DNA of 30,174 bases from Frankiales bacterium (GTDB lineage Bacteria; Actinomycetota; Actinomycetes; Mycobacteriales; SCTD01). Of the stretch, positions 8,353-16,363 are shown in pieces. The position numbers were made by a program, and so were the translations under genes. Under the pieces are notes generated by a model. It did no database searches. It had not been told where the DNA came from and worked only from the letters and a program-made list of their open reading frames with translations. The stretch is from positions 1 through 30,174 of the forward strand of contig JAOPWW010000339.1 of assembly GCA_025965495.1 (NCBI GenBank), read 5' to 3'. The first letter of the stretch is position 1. Every line of letters starts with the position of its first letter.

Positions 8353-9684
8353 ATGCGCGCAGCAGTCGTCGGAGGCGGCCCCGCCGGGTGCGCCGCGGCC
8401 TACACCCTCTGCAAGCAGGGACACGACGTCGTGCTGCTCGAGGCGCAGGACCACGTCGGCGGGCGCACCAGCCAGGTGCGCAAGGAGGGCTTCAACCTGG
8501 GGTCGGGCGCCCTGTTCCTCATGGGCGGCATCTACCCGCGCACGAACGCGCTCATCGAGGAGCTCGGCCACGCCGGCGAGATGGTCGGCTGGGACGCCCA
8601 CACCCACGTGCTGGACGCCGACGGCAGCCGGTACCGCGTCGAGTTCGACCAGGTCCTGAGCTTCCTGAAGATGCCCGTCCTGTCGCTGCTCGACAAGGCG
8701 CGCATCGCCGCCGGCGTCGCGAAGCAGCTGGTCTCGGGGGGGTCGTCGAGCTGCTTCGACGGGGCGGAGCTCGCCCGGCACGACCGCGGGGAGACGCTCG
8801 AGACGTGGTCGCGCCGCGTCCTCGGGGACAAGGGCCACGACTACATCACCGTGCCGTACATGGGCTTCCTGTACGCCGTACCGATGAGCTGGCTGTCGAC
8901 GTCGCTGTTCCAGGCGATCGTCCAGCAGTTCTACAAGCTGCGCCTGGCCGTGCCGCCGGAGGGGATCGGGCAGATCAGCGACTGGCTCGTGGCCGGCTCC
9001 CCGGGGCTGGACCTGCGGCTGTCGAGCCCGGTCGAGGCGGTCGAGCGGAGCGGGACGGGCTACCTGGTGCGGGCGGCCGGGACGACGCACGAGGTGGACG
9101 CCGTCGTGGTCGCGTCCGAGCCGGGGGTCAGCGCCGACCTGCTGCAGGGCCTCGCGACCGAGGAGGCCGTCGTCAAGCTGCGTGGCTGCCGGTACTCCGA
9201 GTACGCCCACGCGCAGGTCTGCTGGACGACCGACCCCTACCCCGGCCAGGACGTCAGCGTCGTCCTGCCGGCGCGACAGCCCGACGCCGTCTGGGGCGCG
9301 GCGGTGCTGCAGAGCCACCGCCACCCCGGCGCCGTACCGCCCGGCGGTCAGGCCGTCGGGGTGTACTTCTACACGCCGCCGCTCGCGACGATGACCGACG
9401 AGGAGATCTCGCAGGCGGCCGTGGACGCCGCCCGGGCCGCCTACGGCCCCGCGCCCGACCCGGACTTCGTCGAGCTGTTCCACTTCGAGCGCGGCCTGTC
9501 CATCGCCGGACCGGGTCACTACGCGACCATGAGCACGCTGCACGCCGAGATGCCCCCGGGTGTCGCGCTCGCCGGCGACTACTTCGCGCACGCGGGCGTG
9601 GAGGCGGCGGTCCTGTCGGGTGAGCAGGCGGCAGCGCGCGCCGTGGCGTCGGCGGCGAGCGCGTCCGAGCCGGTCCCGGCGTAG
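8353..9684 (+). CDS. FAD-dependent oxidoreductase, amine oxidase/protoporphyrinogen oxidase fold, substrate unknown
   Basis: VVGGGPAG Rossmann motif, EAQDHVGGR, C-terminal LAGDYF...VEAAVLSG; SD GAAGGAG. Confidence 0.8.
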   Translation: MRAAVVGGGPAGCAAAYTLCKQGHDVVLLEAQDHVGGRTSQVRKEGFNLGSGALFLMGGIYPRTNALIEELGHAGEMVGWDAHTHVLDADGSRYRVEFDQVLSFLKMPVLSLLDKARIAAGVAKQLVSGGSSSCFDGAELARHDRGETLETWSRRVLGDKGHDYITVPYMGFLYAVPMSWLSTSLFQAIVQQFYKLRLAVPPEGIGQISDWLVAGSPGLDLRLSSPVEAVERSGTGYLVRAAGTTHEVDAVVVASEPGVSADLLQGLATEEAVVKLRGCRYSEYAHAQVCWTTDPYPGQDVSVVLPARQPDAVWGAAVLQSHRHPGAVPPGGQAVGVYFYTPPLATMTDEEISQAAVDAARAAYGPAPDPDFVELFHFERGLSIAGPGHYATMSTLHAEMPPGVALAGDYFAHAGVEAAVLSGEQAAARAVASAASASEPVPA

Positions 9685-9690
9685 CGCACA

Positions 9691-9715
9691 GGCGGGTGGT
9701 CCTGGACCACCCGCC
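9691..9715. terminator. Putative bidirectional terminator between convergent genes
   Basis: Perfect inverted repeat GGCGGGTGGTCC-T-GGACCACCCGCC between stops at 9684 (+) and 9727 (-). Confidence 0.7.
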
Positions 9716-9726
9716 GCCGGTCCCCC

Positions 9727-11277
9727 TCAGTGAAAGCGCGACCGCAGCTCGACCTTGAGGACCTTGCCGGTCGGGTTGCGCGGCAGCGCGTCGAGCACCT
9801 CGAGGCGCTTGGGCAGCTTGTAGCGCGCGAGGCGCGCACCGGTGTAGGCGCGGACGTCCTCCAGGGTCGGGGCCTCGGCGCCCGGCGCCAGGGCGACGAC
9901 CGCGCACACCGCCTCGCCCCACTGCTCGTCGGGCACGCCGATCACCGCGACCTCGACGATCGCCGGGTGGTCGTACAGCACGCTCTCGATCTCGGCCGGG
10001 TAGATGTTCTCCCCGCCGGAGATGACCATGTCCTTGATGCGGTCCGAGACGTAGTAGAAGCCGTCGGCGTCCCGGTGGCCACCGTCGCCGGTGTGCAGCC
10101 AGCCGTCGGCGTCGATCGCCTTGGCGGTCGCCCCGGGGTCGTCGAGGTAGCCGAGCATCACGACCGGGCCGCGGGCGCAGATCTCGCCGACGGTGTCCGG
10201 CTCGGTGACGGTCCGGCCCTCGACGTCCTTGAGGCAGATCTCGACGAACATCGGCGGCCGGCCGGTGGAGCCGAGCTTGCTGAGGGCGTACTCCGGCGTG
10301 AGGAAGCAGAGCATCGGGGAGGCCTCGGTGAGCCCGTAGCCCTGCGCGAAGTCGATCCCCCGCGCGAGGTAGGTGCGGATCAGGCCCTCGGGCAGGGGCG
10401 CCCCGCCGCACAGGCAGCTGCGCAGGGTGCGGAGGTCGGTGTCGGCGAACGTCGGGTGCGCGGCCATGAACTGGAACATGGCCGGCACGCCGAACATCGT
10501 CGTGACGCGGTGCTCGGCGACGGCCGCCAGAGCCGCGCCCGGCTCGAACGCCCGCTGCACGACCAGGTGGCCGCCCTTGATCCAGGTCGCGAGCGTGAGG
10601 CAGTTGAGCGCCCCGATGTGGAAGAGCGGGGCCACGACCAGGGAGACGTCGTCGTAGCCGAGGTCCATGGTGGTGATGAAGTTGACGTTGTTCCACCACA
10701 TGCTGGCGTGGCTGAGCATCGCGCCCTTCGGGCGGCCCGTCGTGCCGGACGTGTACATGATCGCCGCGCAGTCCTCGGGGCGGGTCGGGGCCAGCTCCGC
10801 GAGCGGCTCGTGCGCCGCGACGAGGTCCTCCCAGGACTCCCAGCCCTCGCCTGCACCGTCGACGGCGACGTACCGCTCGACGGTGCCCAGCCCGCTGCGC
10901 AGGCCGTCCACGAGCGGGCGGTGCACGCCGTCGACGAGCAGGACCCGGACCCGGGCGTGGTCGATCATGTACGCGAGCTCGGGTCCGGTGCACCGGAAGT
11001 TCAGCGGCACGTACGTGGCGCCGAGCGCCGCGGCGGCGAACAGCCCCTCGAGGATCTGGGGCTGGTTGTGCCCGAGGAACGCCACCCGGTCCCCGGGCCC
11101 GACCCCGGAGCTCTGCAGCGCTGCCGCCAGGCGCCGGGTCCGGTCCTCGAGCTGCCCGTAGGTCTGCGTGACGCCCTCGAAGGTGATCGCGGGTCGCTCC
11201 GGGGTGGAGCGGGCGCGCCCGGCGAACCAGGCCGCCAGCGTGAGGTCGGCGGGCGCTGCGAGGGCGCGGTCGTTCAT
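9727..11277 (-). CDS. Long-chain-fatty-acid--CoA ligase family protein (FadD/MenE-like)
   Basis: YTSGTTGRPKG, QGYGLTE, WLHTGD, DRIKDMVISGGENIYPAEIE, RNPTGKVLK; start taken at ATG 11277 (MNDRAL). Confidence 0.9.
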   Translation of the reverse strand: MNDRALAAPADLTLAAWFAGRARSTPERPAITFEGVTQTYGQLEDRTRRLAAALQSSGVGPGDRVAFLGHNQPQILEGLFAAAALGATYVPLNFRCTGPELAYMIDHARVRVLLVDGVHRPLVDGLRSGLGTVERYVAVDGAGEGWESWEDLVAAHEPLAELAPTRPEDCAAIMYTSGTTGRPKGAMLSHASMWWNNVNFITTMDLGYDDVSLVVAPLFHIGALNCLTLATWIKGGHLVVQRAFEPGAALAAVAEHRVTTMFGVPAMFQFMAAHPTFADTDLRTLRSCLCGGAPLPEGLIRTYLARGIDFAQGYGLTEASPMLCFLTPEYALSKLGSTGRPPMFVEICLKDVEGRTVTEPDTVGEICARGPVVMLGYLDDPGATAKAIDADGWLHTGDGGHRDADGFYYVSDRIKDMVISGGENIYPAEIESVLYDHPAIVEVAVIGVPDEQWGEAVCAVVALAPGAEAPTLEDVRAYTGARLARYKLPKRLEVLDALPRNPTGKVLKVELRSRFH

Positions 11278-11321
11278 CGGTAACCCTGCGGTCGGGGTAC
11301 GGCTGGAGTCGTCATGCCGGG

Positions 11322-11384
11322 ACGATAGAGCACATGCGCGCATTAGGTCAGACCTTTACAGGACTGGGATCGCGTCCGTAGGGT
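11322..11384. promoter_or_regulatory. Putative divergent promoter pair
   Basis: + strand: -35 TTTACA (11355-11360), 18 nt, -10 TAGGGT (11379-11384). - strand: -10 TATCGT (11327-11322) with a weak -35 near 11345-11351. Confidence 0.5.
11345..11355. promoter_or_regulatory. FadR/GntR-family operator 2 (AGGTC-A-GACCT)
   Basis: Perfect palindrome, same core as operator 1, in the AT-rich divergent intergenic region. Confidence 0.68.
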
Positions 11385-11412
11385 CCGACTCCAGACCGAC
11401 ACCGGAGGCGGC

Positions 11413-12576
11413 ATGAAGCGCACTGTCCTGGACGACGACCACCGAGACTTCGCCGAGAGCTTCGGTCGGTTCCTCGACGCGGAGGTCGTCCCGCACGACG
11501 AGGAGTGGCAGCAGGCCGGCCGCGTCCCGCGCGAGGTCCTGTCCCGACTGGGGGCGCTGGGCTACCTGGGCCTCGGAGTGCCGGAGCAGTACGGCGGCGC
11601 CGGCAACGACGACTTCCGCTTCAACGCGGTGCTCAACGAGCAGGCGACCCTGCGCGGCCTCAACTCCTTCTCCCTCTGCTACACGATGCAGAACGACGTC
11701 GCCCTGCCGTACTTCGTCGAGCTGTGCAACGAGGAGCAGGCGCAGCGGTGGTTGCCCGGCATCGCCGCCGGCGACCTCGTCCTCGGCATCGCCATGAGCG
11801 AGCCGGGCACCGGCTCCGACCTCGGCGGACTGCGCACCCGGGCCACCCGCGAGGGCGACGTCTACCGCGTCAACGGGGCGAAGACCTTCATCACCAACGG
11901 CCTCAACGCCGACCTGATCATCACGGCGGTGCGCACGGGGGAGACCGGCACGCACCGCGACATCTCCCTGGTCGTCGTCGAGAACGGCACCCAGGGCTAC
12001 GGCCGTGGTCGCAAGCTGGACAAGCTCGGCCTGCGCGCCCAGGACACCGTCGAGCTGTTCTTCGACGACGCCCGGGTCCCCGTGGACAACCTGCTCGGCA
12101 AGGAGGGCGAGGGCTTCTCCTACCTGACGAGCAACCTGCCCGCGGAGCGCCTCTCCATCGCCATCGGCAACGTGTCCAGCGCACGCGGCGCCCTGGAGCG
12201 CACCCTGACCTACGTCAAGGGCCGCGAGGCGTTCGGCCGCGCGGTCGGCACCTTCCAGAACTCCCGCTTCGTGCTGGCCACGTGCAAGACCGAGGTCGAG
12301 GTCACCCAGGCGTTCGTCGACGCGTGCCTCGCTGCGCACGTCGAGGGCGAGCTGACCGCGGACGAGGCGGCCATGGCCAAGCTGTACGCCTCCGAGATGC
12401 TGGGCCGGGTGGTCGACGCCTGCCTGCAGCTGCACGGCGGCTACGGCTTCACCCACGACTACCCGATCGCCCGCGACTACGCCGACGCCCGCATCGCGCG
12501 CATCTACGGCGGCACCAGCGAGATCATGCGGGAGATCATCGGGCGCGGCCTGGGGCTCGGGGAGAAGCGCGCATGA
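11413..12576 (+). CDS. Acyl-CoA dehydrogenase (LCAD-type)
   Basis: AMSEPGTGSDL, KTFITNG, AERLSIA (LCAD-position Glu), LHGGYGF, RIYGGTSEIM; SD GGAGG. Confidence 0.92.
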   Translation: MKRTVLDDDHRDFAESFGRFLDAEVVPHDEEWQQAGRVPREVLSRLGALGYLGLGVPEQYGGAGNDDFRFNAVLNEQATLRGLNSFSLCYTMQNDVALPYFVELCNEEQAQRWLPGIAAGDLVLGIAMSEPGTGSDLGGLRTRATREGDVYRVNGAKTFITNGLNADLIITAVRTGETGTHRDISLVVVENGTQGYGRGRKLDKLGLRAQDTVELFFDDARVPVDNLLGKEGEGFSYLTSNLPAERLSIAIGNVSSARGALERTLTYVKGREAFGRAVGTFQNSRFVLATCKTEVEVTQAFVDACLAAHVEGELTADEAAMAKLYASEMLGRVVDACLQLHGGYGFTHDYPIARDYADARIARIYGGTSEIMREIIGRGLGLGEKRA

Positions 12577-13532
12577 GCAGCTCCCTCGCCCGCAGACTGC
12601 GGGACCCGCTCGCCCTGCCGGTCATCGTCGCGCCGATGTTCCTCGTCTCGGGTCCCGAGCTCGTCGTCGCGTCCTGCCGGGCCGGCGTCATGGGCTCGAT
12701 CCCCACCCAGAACGCGCGCACCTTCGAGCAGCTCGACGCGTGGATCGGCCAGATCAAGGACGGCATCGCCGACCTTCCCGACCCGCGGTGGGCCGTGTCC
12801 ATGATCGTCCACAAGACGTACGAGCGCTTCGACGCCGAGCTCGCGCTGATGACCGAGCGCAGGCCCGACGTCGTCATCACCGCGCTGGGGTCCCCGGCCC
12901 GCGTCGCCGACGCCGTCCACGGCTACGGGGGAGCGGTGTTCGCCGACGTCATGTCCGTCGAGCACGCCCGCAAGGCCGCCGACGCGGGGGCCGACGGCCT
13001 GGTGCTGGTCTGCCACGGCGCGGGCGGGCACACCGGCCGGTACAGCGCGTTCGCCATGGTCGACGAGGTCCGAGCCTTCTTCGACGGCCCGCTCGTCGTC
13101 GGCGGGGCGGTCTCGACCGGCCGCGGCGTCCTCGCCGTCGAGGCCCTCGGCGCCGACCTCGCCTACATGGGCACCCGGTACATCGCCTGCCCCGAGTCCA
13201 TGGTGGGCGCCCGGTACCGCGAGCTGCTGGTGCAGGCCGACATCACCGGGGTGACGGCCACCGCGGCGGTCACCGGGGTGCTCTGCTCCTGGCTCAGCGA
13301 CAGCCTGGCCGAGGCCGGCTACGACGCGCAGGCCCTCACCGCCGCGGGGCAGGTCGACTTCTCCGACGTCCACGGCGAGAACAAGCCCTGGAAGGACATC
13401 TTCGGAGCCGGCCAGGGGGTCGGGGCGATCGCGGCGGTGGAGACCGTCGAGGCCGTCACGCAGCAGCTGCTCGGCGAGTACCGCGAGGCCCTGGACGGGG
13501 TCAGCGGCCGGTCTGCCGCGCTGTCCGTCTGA
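12573..13532 (+). CDS. Nitronate monooxygenase / FabK-like FMN oxidoreductase family
   Basis: PVIVAPMFLVS, GAGGHTG, VGGAVSTG, AYMGTRYIA, GAGQG motifs; ATGA overlap with the ACAD. Confidence 0.85.
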   Translation: MSSSLARRLRDPLALPVIVAPMFLVSGPELVVASCRAGVMGSIPTQNARTFEQLDAWIGQIKDGIADLPDPRWAVSMIVHKTYERFDAELALMTERRPDVVITALGSPARVADAVHGYGGAVFADVMSVEHARKAADAGADGLVLVCHGAGGHTGRYSAFAMVDEVRAFFDGPLVVGGAVSTGRGVLAVEALGADLAYMGTRYIACPESMVGARYRELLVQADITGVTATAAVTGVLCSWLSDSLAEAGYDAQALTAAGQVDFSDVHGENKPWKDIFGAGQGVGAIAAVETVEAVTQQLLGEYREALDGVSGRSAALSV

Positions 13533-13606
13533 TCCTGGTTCGTCCCGTGCCTGCCTGCGTGAGCCCGCTGTTCCGGTGGATGGGCGTCCGGGGCCTCGCG
13601 GAGGTG

Positions 13607-13622
13607 TGGTCAGACCTATAGT
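13607..13622 (+). promoter_or_regulatory. FadR/GntR-family operator 3 (TGGTC-A-GACCT) overlapping a -10 box TATAGT
   Basis: Shares GGTCAGACCT exactly with operator 2; -10 at 13617-13622, 34 nt before the TTG start at 13657. Confidence 0.65.
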
Positions 13623-13656
13623 CGTGACGTCCGCCACTCGACCGAGGGAGCAGCCG

Positions 13657-14307
13657 TTGCCCAGCGCCGTGCTGCTCGACGACCACCAGGTCGTCCTCGA
13701 CGGCCTGGCCGTCGCCCTCGAGCGGGGCGGCTTCGAGGTCCTCGCCTGCAGCACCCGGCCGAGCGAGGCGCTGGACGAGGTCCGGCGCCACACGCCCGAC
13801 CTGTTCGTCTGCGACTGGTGGCTCGGCCAGGAGCAGGCGGCCGCCCACGTCGCGGAGGCGCGCCGCCTCAGCCCGACGACCCGGGTCGCCGTCCTCACGG
13901 GCCACGAGGACGGCTCCGTCGCCGCTGCCGCCCTGAACGCCGGCGCCAACGGCTTCCTCGTCAAGGACGCCCTGCGCCAGGACCTCGTCCAGCAGCTGCT
14001 GCAGGTGGCCAGCGGACAGCTGGTCCTGGACGCCCGCGTGTCCGAGCACGTCCTGTCGCCGGCGAAGTACCGCCTGACCCCGCGCGAGGAGGCCGTGGTC
14101 ATCGCCATCGCCGCCGGCCGCACCAACCGTGAGATCGCCGCCGAGCTGATGCTCAGCGCCCACACGGTCAAGGAGCACGTCGGCAACGTCATGCGCAAGC
14201 TCGGCACGACCAGCCGCGCGCAGACCGCCGTCGTCGCCATGACCGCCGGTCTGGTCCCGCCCACGCAGTCGCCCGTCCGGGGCGGCCTCGCCGGCGGTCG
14301 CCGGTGA
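13657..14307 (+). CDS. NarL/LuxR-family response regulator
   Basis: SD GAGGGAG then TTG; receiver LLDDH, phospho-Asp in VCDW, LTG, LVKD; HTH LTPREEAV...TNREIAAELMLSAHTVKEHV. Confidence 0.9.
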   Translation: MPSAVLLDDHQVVLDGLAVALERGGFEVLACSTRPSEALDEVRRHTPDLFVCDWWLGQEQAAAHVAEARRLSPTTRVAVLTGHEDGSVAAAALNAGANGFLVKDALRQDLVQQLLQVASGQLVLDARVSEHVLSPAKYRLTPREEAVVIAIAAGRTNREIAAELMLSAHTVKEHVGNVMRKLGTTSRAQTAVVAMTAGLVPPTQSPVRGGLAGGRR

Positions 14308-15692
14308 ACGTCGTCGCCCCGGTCGGCCGCCGCGCCCCGTCGGGGACGACCCCGACGCTCACGCCTGCGTCGCGGCGCAAGGCCCCGCCGCCCGCGCCCG
14401 CTCCCGTCCCGACAGGGGCCCGGGTGCCGCGCACCGTGGGCATCGTGGCGAGCACCCTCACCCGGGCCAGCGCGACCCTGCGGACGGCCGGCACTGGGAC
14501 CGCCGCCGTGAGCAAGCTCGCCAAGGAGCTCTGCCAGGTGCTCGGAGGCACCCGCGCGCTGGTGCTGGTCCTGGACGAGAAGGGCGCGGTCACGGGTCGT
14601 GGCGGCCACGCCCTGCCGGGCAGCGGCTGGACCGGTGAGCTGGGGGACCTCGCCGCGGAGCCCCTCCTGAGGAAGCTGCTCGAGGGGGGCGACATCCGGC
14701 TCGTCGCCCCGTGCACGTCCGTGCCCCTCGGACCCCGCACCCGCTCGGCCTTCCGGGCCGGGCGGCCGCTGCTGCTGCTCCCGCTCCCGTGCGGCGTCCC
14801 CGCGGACGAGGCGGTCGGCGTCGCCGTGGTGGAGGGGCCGCTCGGCCTGGCCCACGACGTCGGCCGCGACCAGCAGCTGCGCCAGCTCTCCGGGGTCCTC
14901 GCCCTCGTCGCCGGGGCCAGCGCGCTGGGGGAGGCGGACGCCACGCGCGCCACCGCCGAGGCGCAGGGCTGGCTCGCCGCCGACCTGCACGACGGCGTCC
15001 TCCAGCAGCTGTTCTGCCTGCAGCTCAAGCTGCGCAACCTCGGCGACACCCTGCCCGAGAGCAGCCCGGCCCGAGCCGGGTTCGACGCGGTGGTCCGCGA
15101 CGTCGAGGCCACCAGTCTCGAGCTGCGCCGCGCGGTGGTCGGCCTGACGCTGCACGGCGACGTCCCGCGCCGGGGTCCGCGACAGGCGTCGGCGTCCCTG
15201 CCGCCGCCCGGCAGTGCGCTCGGCGAGGGAGGTCGGCTGCACCCGCAGGGCGCGCGGCTCGACGCCGAGATCGAGGCCATGCTCGCCGACTTCCAGGAGG
15301 CCACCGGCTGCGCCTTCGACTTCCTCGTCCGTGGCGACGACCTCGGGACGCCGTCGCCGACCGCCGCCGCCCTCATCAGCCGCACGGTGCGCGAGGGCCT
15401 GACCAACATCAGCAAGCACGCGGACGCCACGCAGGTCGTCCTGTCTCTCGGTCGCGGCGCCGGCTGGTGGACCGTGGACCTGCACGACGACGGCCTGGCC
15501 GACGCGAACGTGCTGCGCCGGCGGCTCACCCAGCGCACCGGCGGCTTCGGCCTCGCCAGCCTGCGCACGCAGGCCGCGGACCTCGGCGGCCGGCTGTGGG
15601 TCGGGCAGTCCACCACCCTCACGGGGGTCCACCTGTCCGTGGCCATCCCGGTCGACAGCCCGTCCGGCGACGCGCCGGGGGTCGCCGGGTGA
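14304..15692 (+). CDS. Cytoplasmic HisKA_3 sensor histidine kinase with a degenerate GAF-like input region
   Basis: H-box ADLHDGVLQQL, N-box EGLTNISKHA, DDG, G2 GGFGL; no clear TM segment; GTGA overlap; exact start uncertain. Confidence 0.82.
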   Translation: MNVVAPVGRRAPSGTTPTLTPASRRKAPPPAPAPVPTGARVPRTVGIVASTLTRASATLRTAGTGTAAVSKLAKELCQVLGGTRALVLVLDEKGAVTGRGGHALPGSGWTGELGDLAAEPLLRKLLEGGDIRLVAPCTSVPLGPRTRSAFRAGRPLLLLPLPCGVPADEAVGVAVVEGPLGLAHDVGRDQQLRQLSGVLALVAGASALGEADATRATAEAQGWLAADLHDGVLQQLFCLQLKLRNLGDTLPESSPARAGFDAVVRDVEATSLELRRAVVGLTLHGDVPRRGPRQASASLPPPGSALGEGGRLHPQGARLDAEIEAMLADFQEATGCAFDFLVRGDDLGTPSPTAAALISRTVREGLTNISKHADATQVVLSLGRGAGWWTVDLHDDGLADANVLRRRLTQRTGGFGLASLRTQAADLGGRLWVGQSTTLTGVHLSVAIPVDSPSGDAPGVAG

Positions 15693-16363
15693 GCACCGCG
15701 ACCGGACCGCTGCTGCAGGTGCGCGACCGCGCGCGGGGCGACCTCGAGGTGCCGCACGGCGGGGTCGTCGTGCTGCTGGCCCCGTCCGGCGGGGGCAAGA
15801 CCCAGTGGGTGCGCGCCCTGCTCGGGCTCGACGGCGGCCGGATGGACGAGGTGCGGGTCGACGGCCGCAAGGCCGACACCCAGGCGGTGCGCAAGGCGGT
15901 CGGCTGGGTCCCCGAGGGCGACGGAGCGGTCCTCGACCTGACCGTCTGGGACAACGTCGCGTGCCCCCCTCACCTGCCGCCGGTCCCGCACGCCGACGCC
16001 GCGGACGCGCTCGACCTGCTGGGCCTGACCGCTCTCAGCCGGCACCGCGCCTGGTCGCTGAGCCGCAACGACCGCCGACGCGTCGCGCTCGCGCGCGTGG
16101 TGGCGCGCCGCAACCCGCTGCTCGTCGTCGACGGCGACCTCGACGCCACCCTGATGCCCCTGCTGCTCCCCCTGCTCGAGCAGGCACCGGGGCTGCAGGG
16201 CGTGCTGCTGACCTCCTCGCGCGCCGGGGACCTGGCCTGGCGGGCCGGGTCGGTCGGCCTGATGCTCGAGGGTCGGGTGCTCGAGCAGGCGCCCTGGGCC
16301 GAGCTGGTCACGGCGCAGCGCAGCCCGGTGCGCGACGCCGTCCTGTGGGTGCAGCCGCAGTGA
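15689..16363 (+). CDS. Degenerate (probably catalytically dead) MceG/MlaF-like ABC ATPase-fold protein
   Basis: Walker A APSGGGKT kept; Q-loop, signature (LSRND), Walker B Glu (VVDG) and H-loop (LTSS) lost; colinear with 19136-19933; GTGA overlaps at both ends. Confidence 0.75.
   Translation: MSTATGPLLQVRDRARGDLEVPHGGVVVLLAPSGGGKTQWVRALLGLDGGRMDEVRVDGRKADTQAVRKAVGWVPEGDGAVLDLTVWDNVACPPHLPPVPHADAADALDLLGLTALSRHRAWSLSRNDRRRVALARVVARRNPLLVVDGDLDATLMPLLLPLLEQAPGLQGVLLTSSRAGDLAWRAGSVGLMLEGRVLEQAPWAELVTAQRSPVRDAVLWVQPQ

Noticed and set aside
6034-9591. 1185-aa minus-strand ORF (and similar long antisense ORFs such as 12504-15632, 4865-6217, 9254-10993, 22277-23728)
   Set aside because: Antisense shadows of real high-GC genes; no motifs, Arg/Gly/Ala-biased, overlapping well-supported CDSs
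8353-9684. Calling the flavoprotein HemY/protoporphyrinogen oxidase
   Set aside because: Only fold-level motifs match and there is no haem-synthesis context
9691-9715. Inverted repeat contains TGGTCC-T-GGACCA resembling the operator
   Set aside because: Wrong spacing and lies between convergent stops; better explained as a terminator
15689-16363. Calling the degenerate ATPase a pseudogene
   Set aside because: No frameshift or stop, strong G/C third-position bias and coupled start and stop; kept as CDS pending homologue analysis
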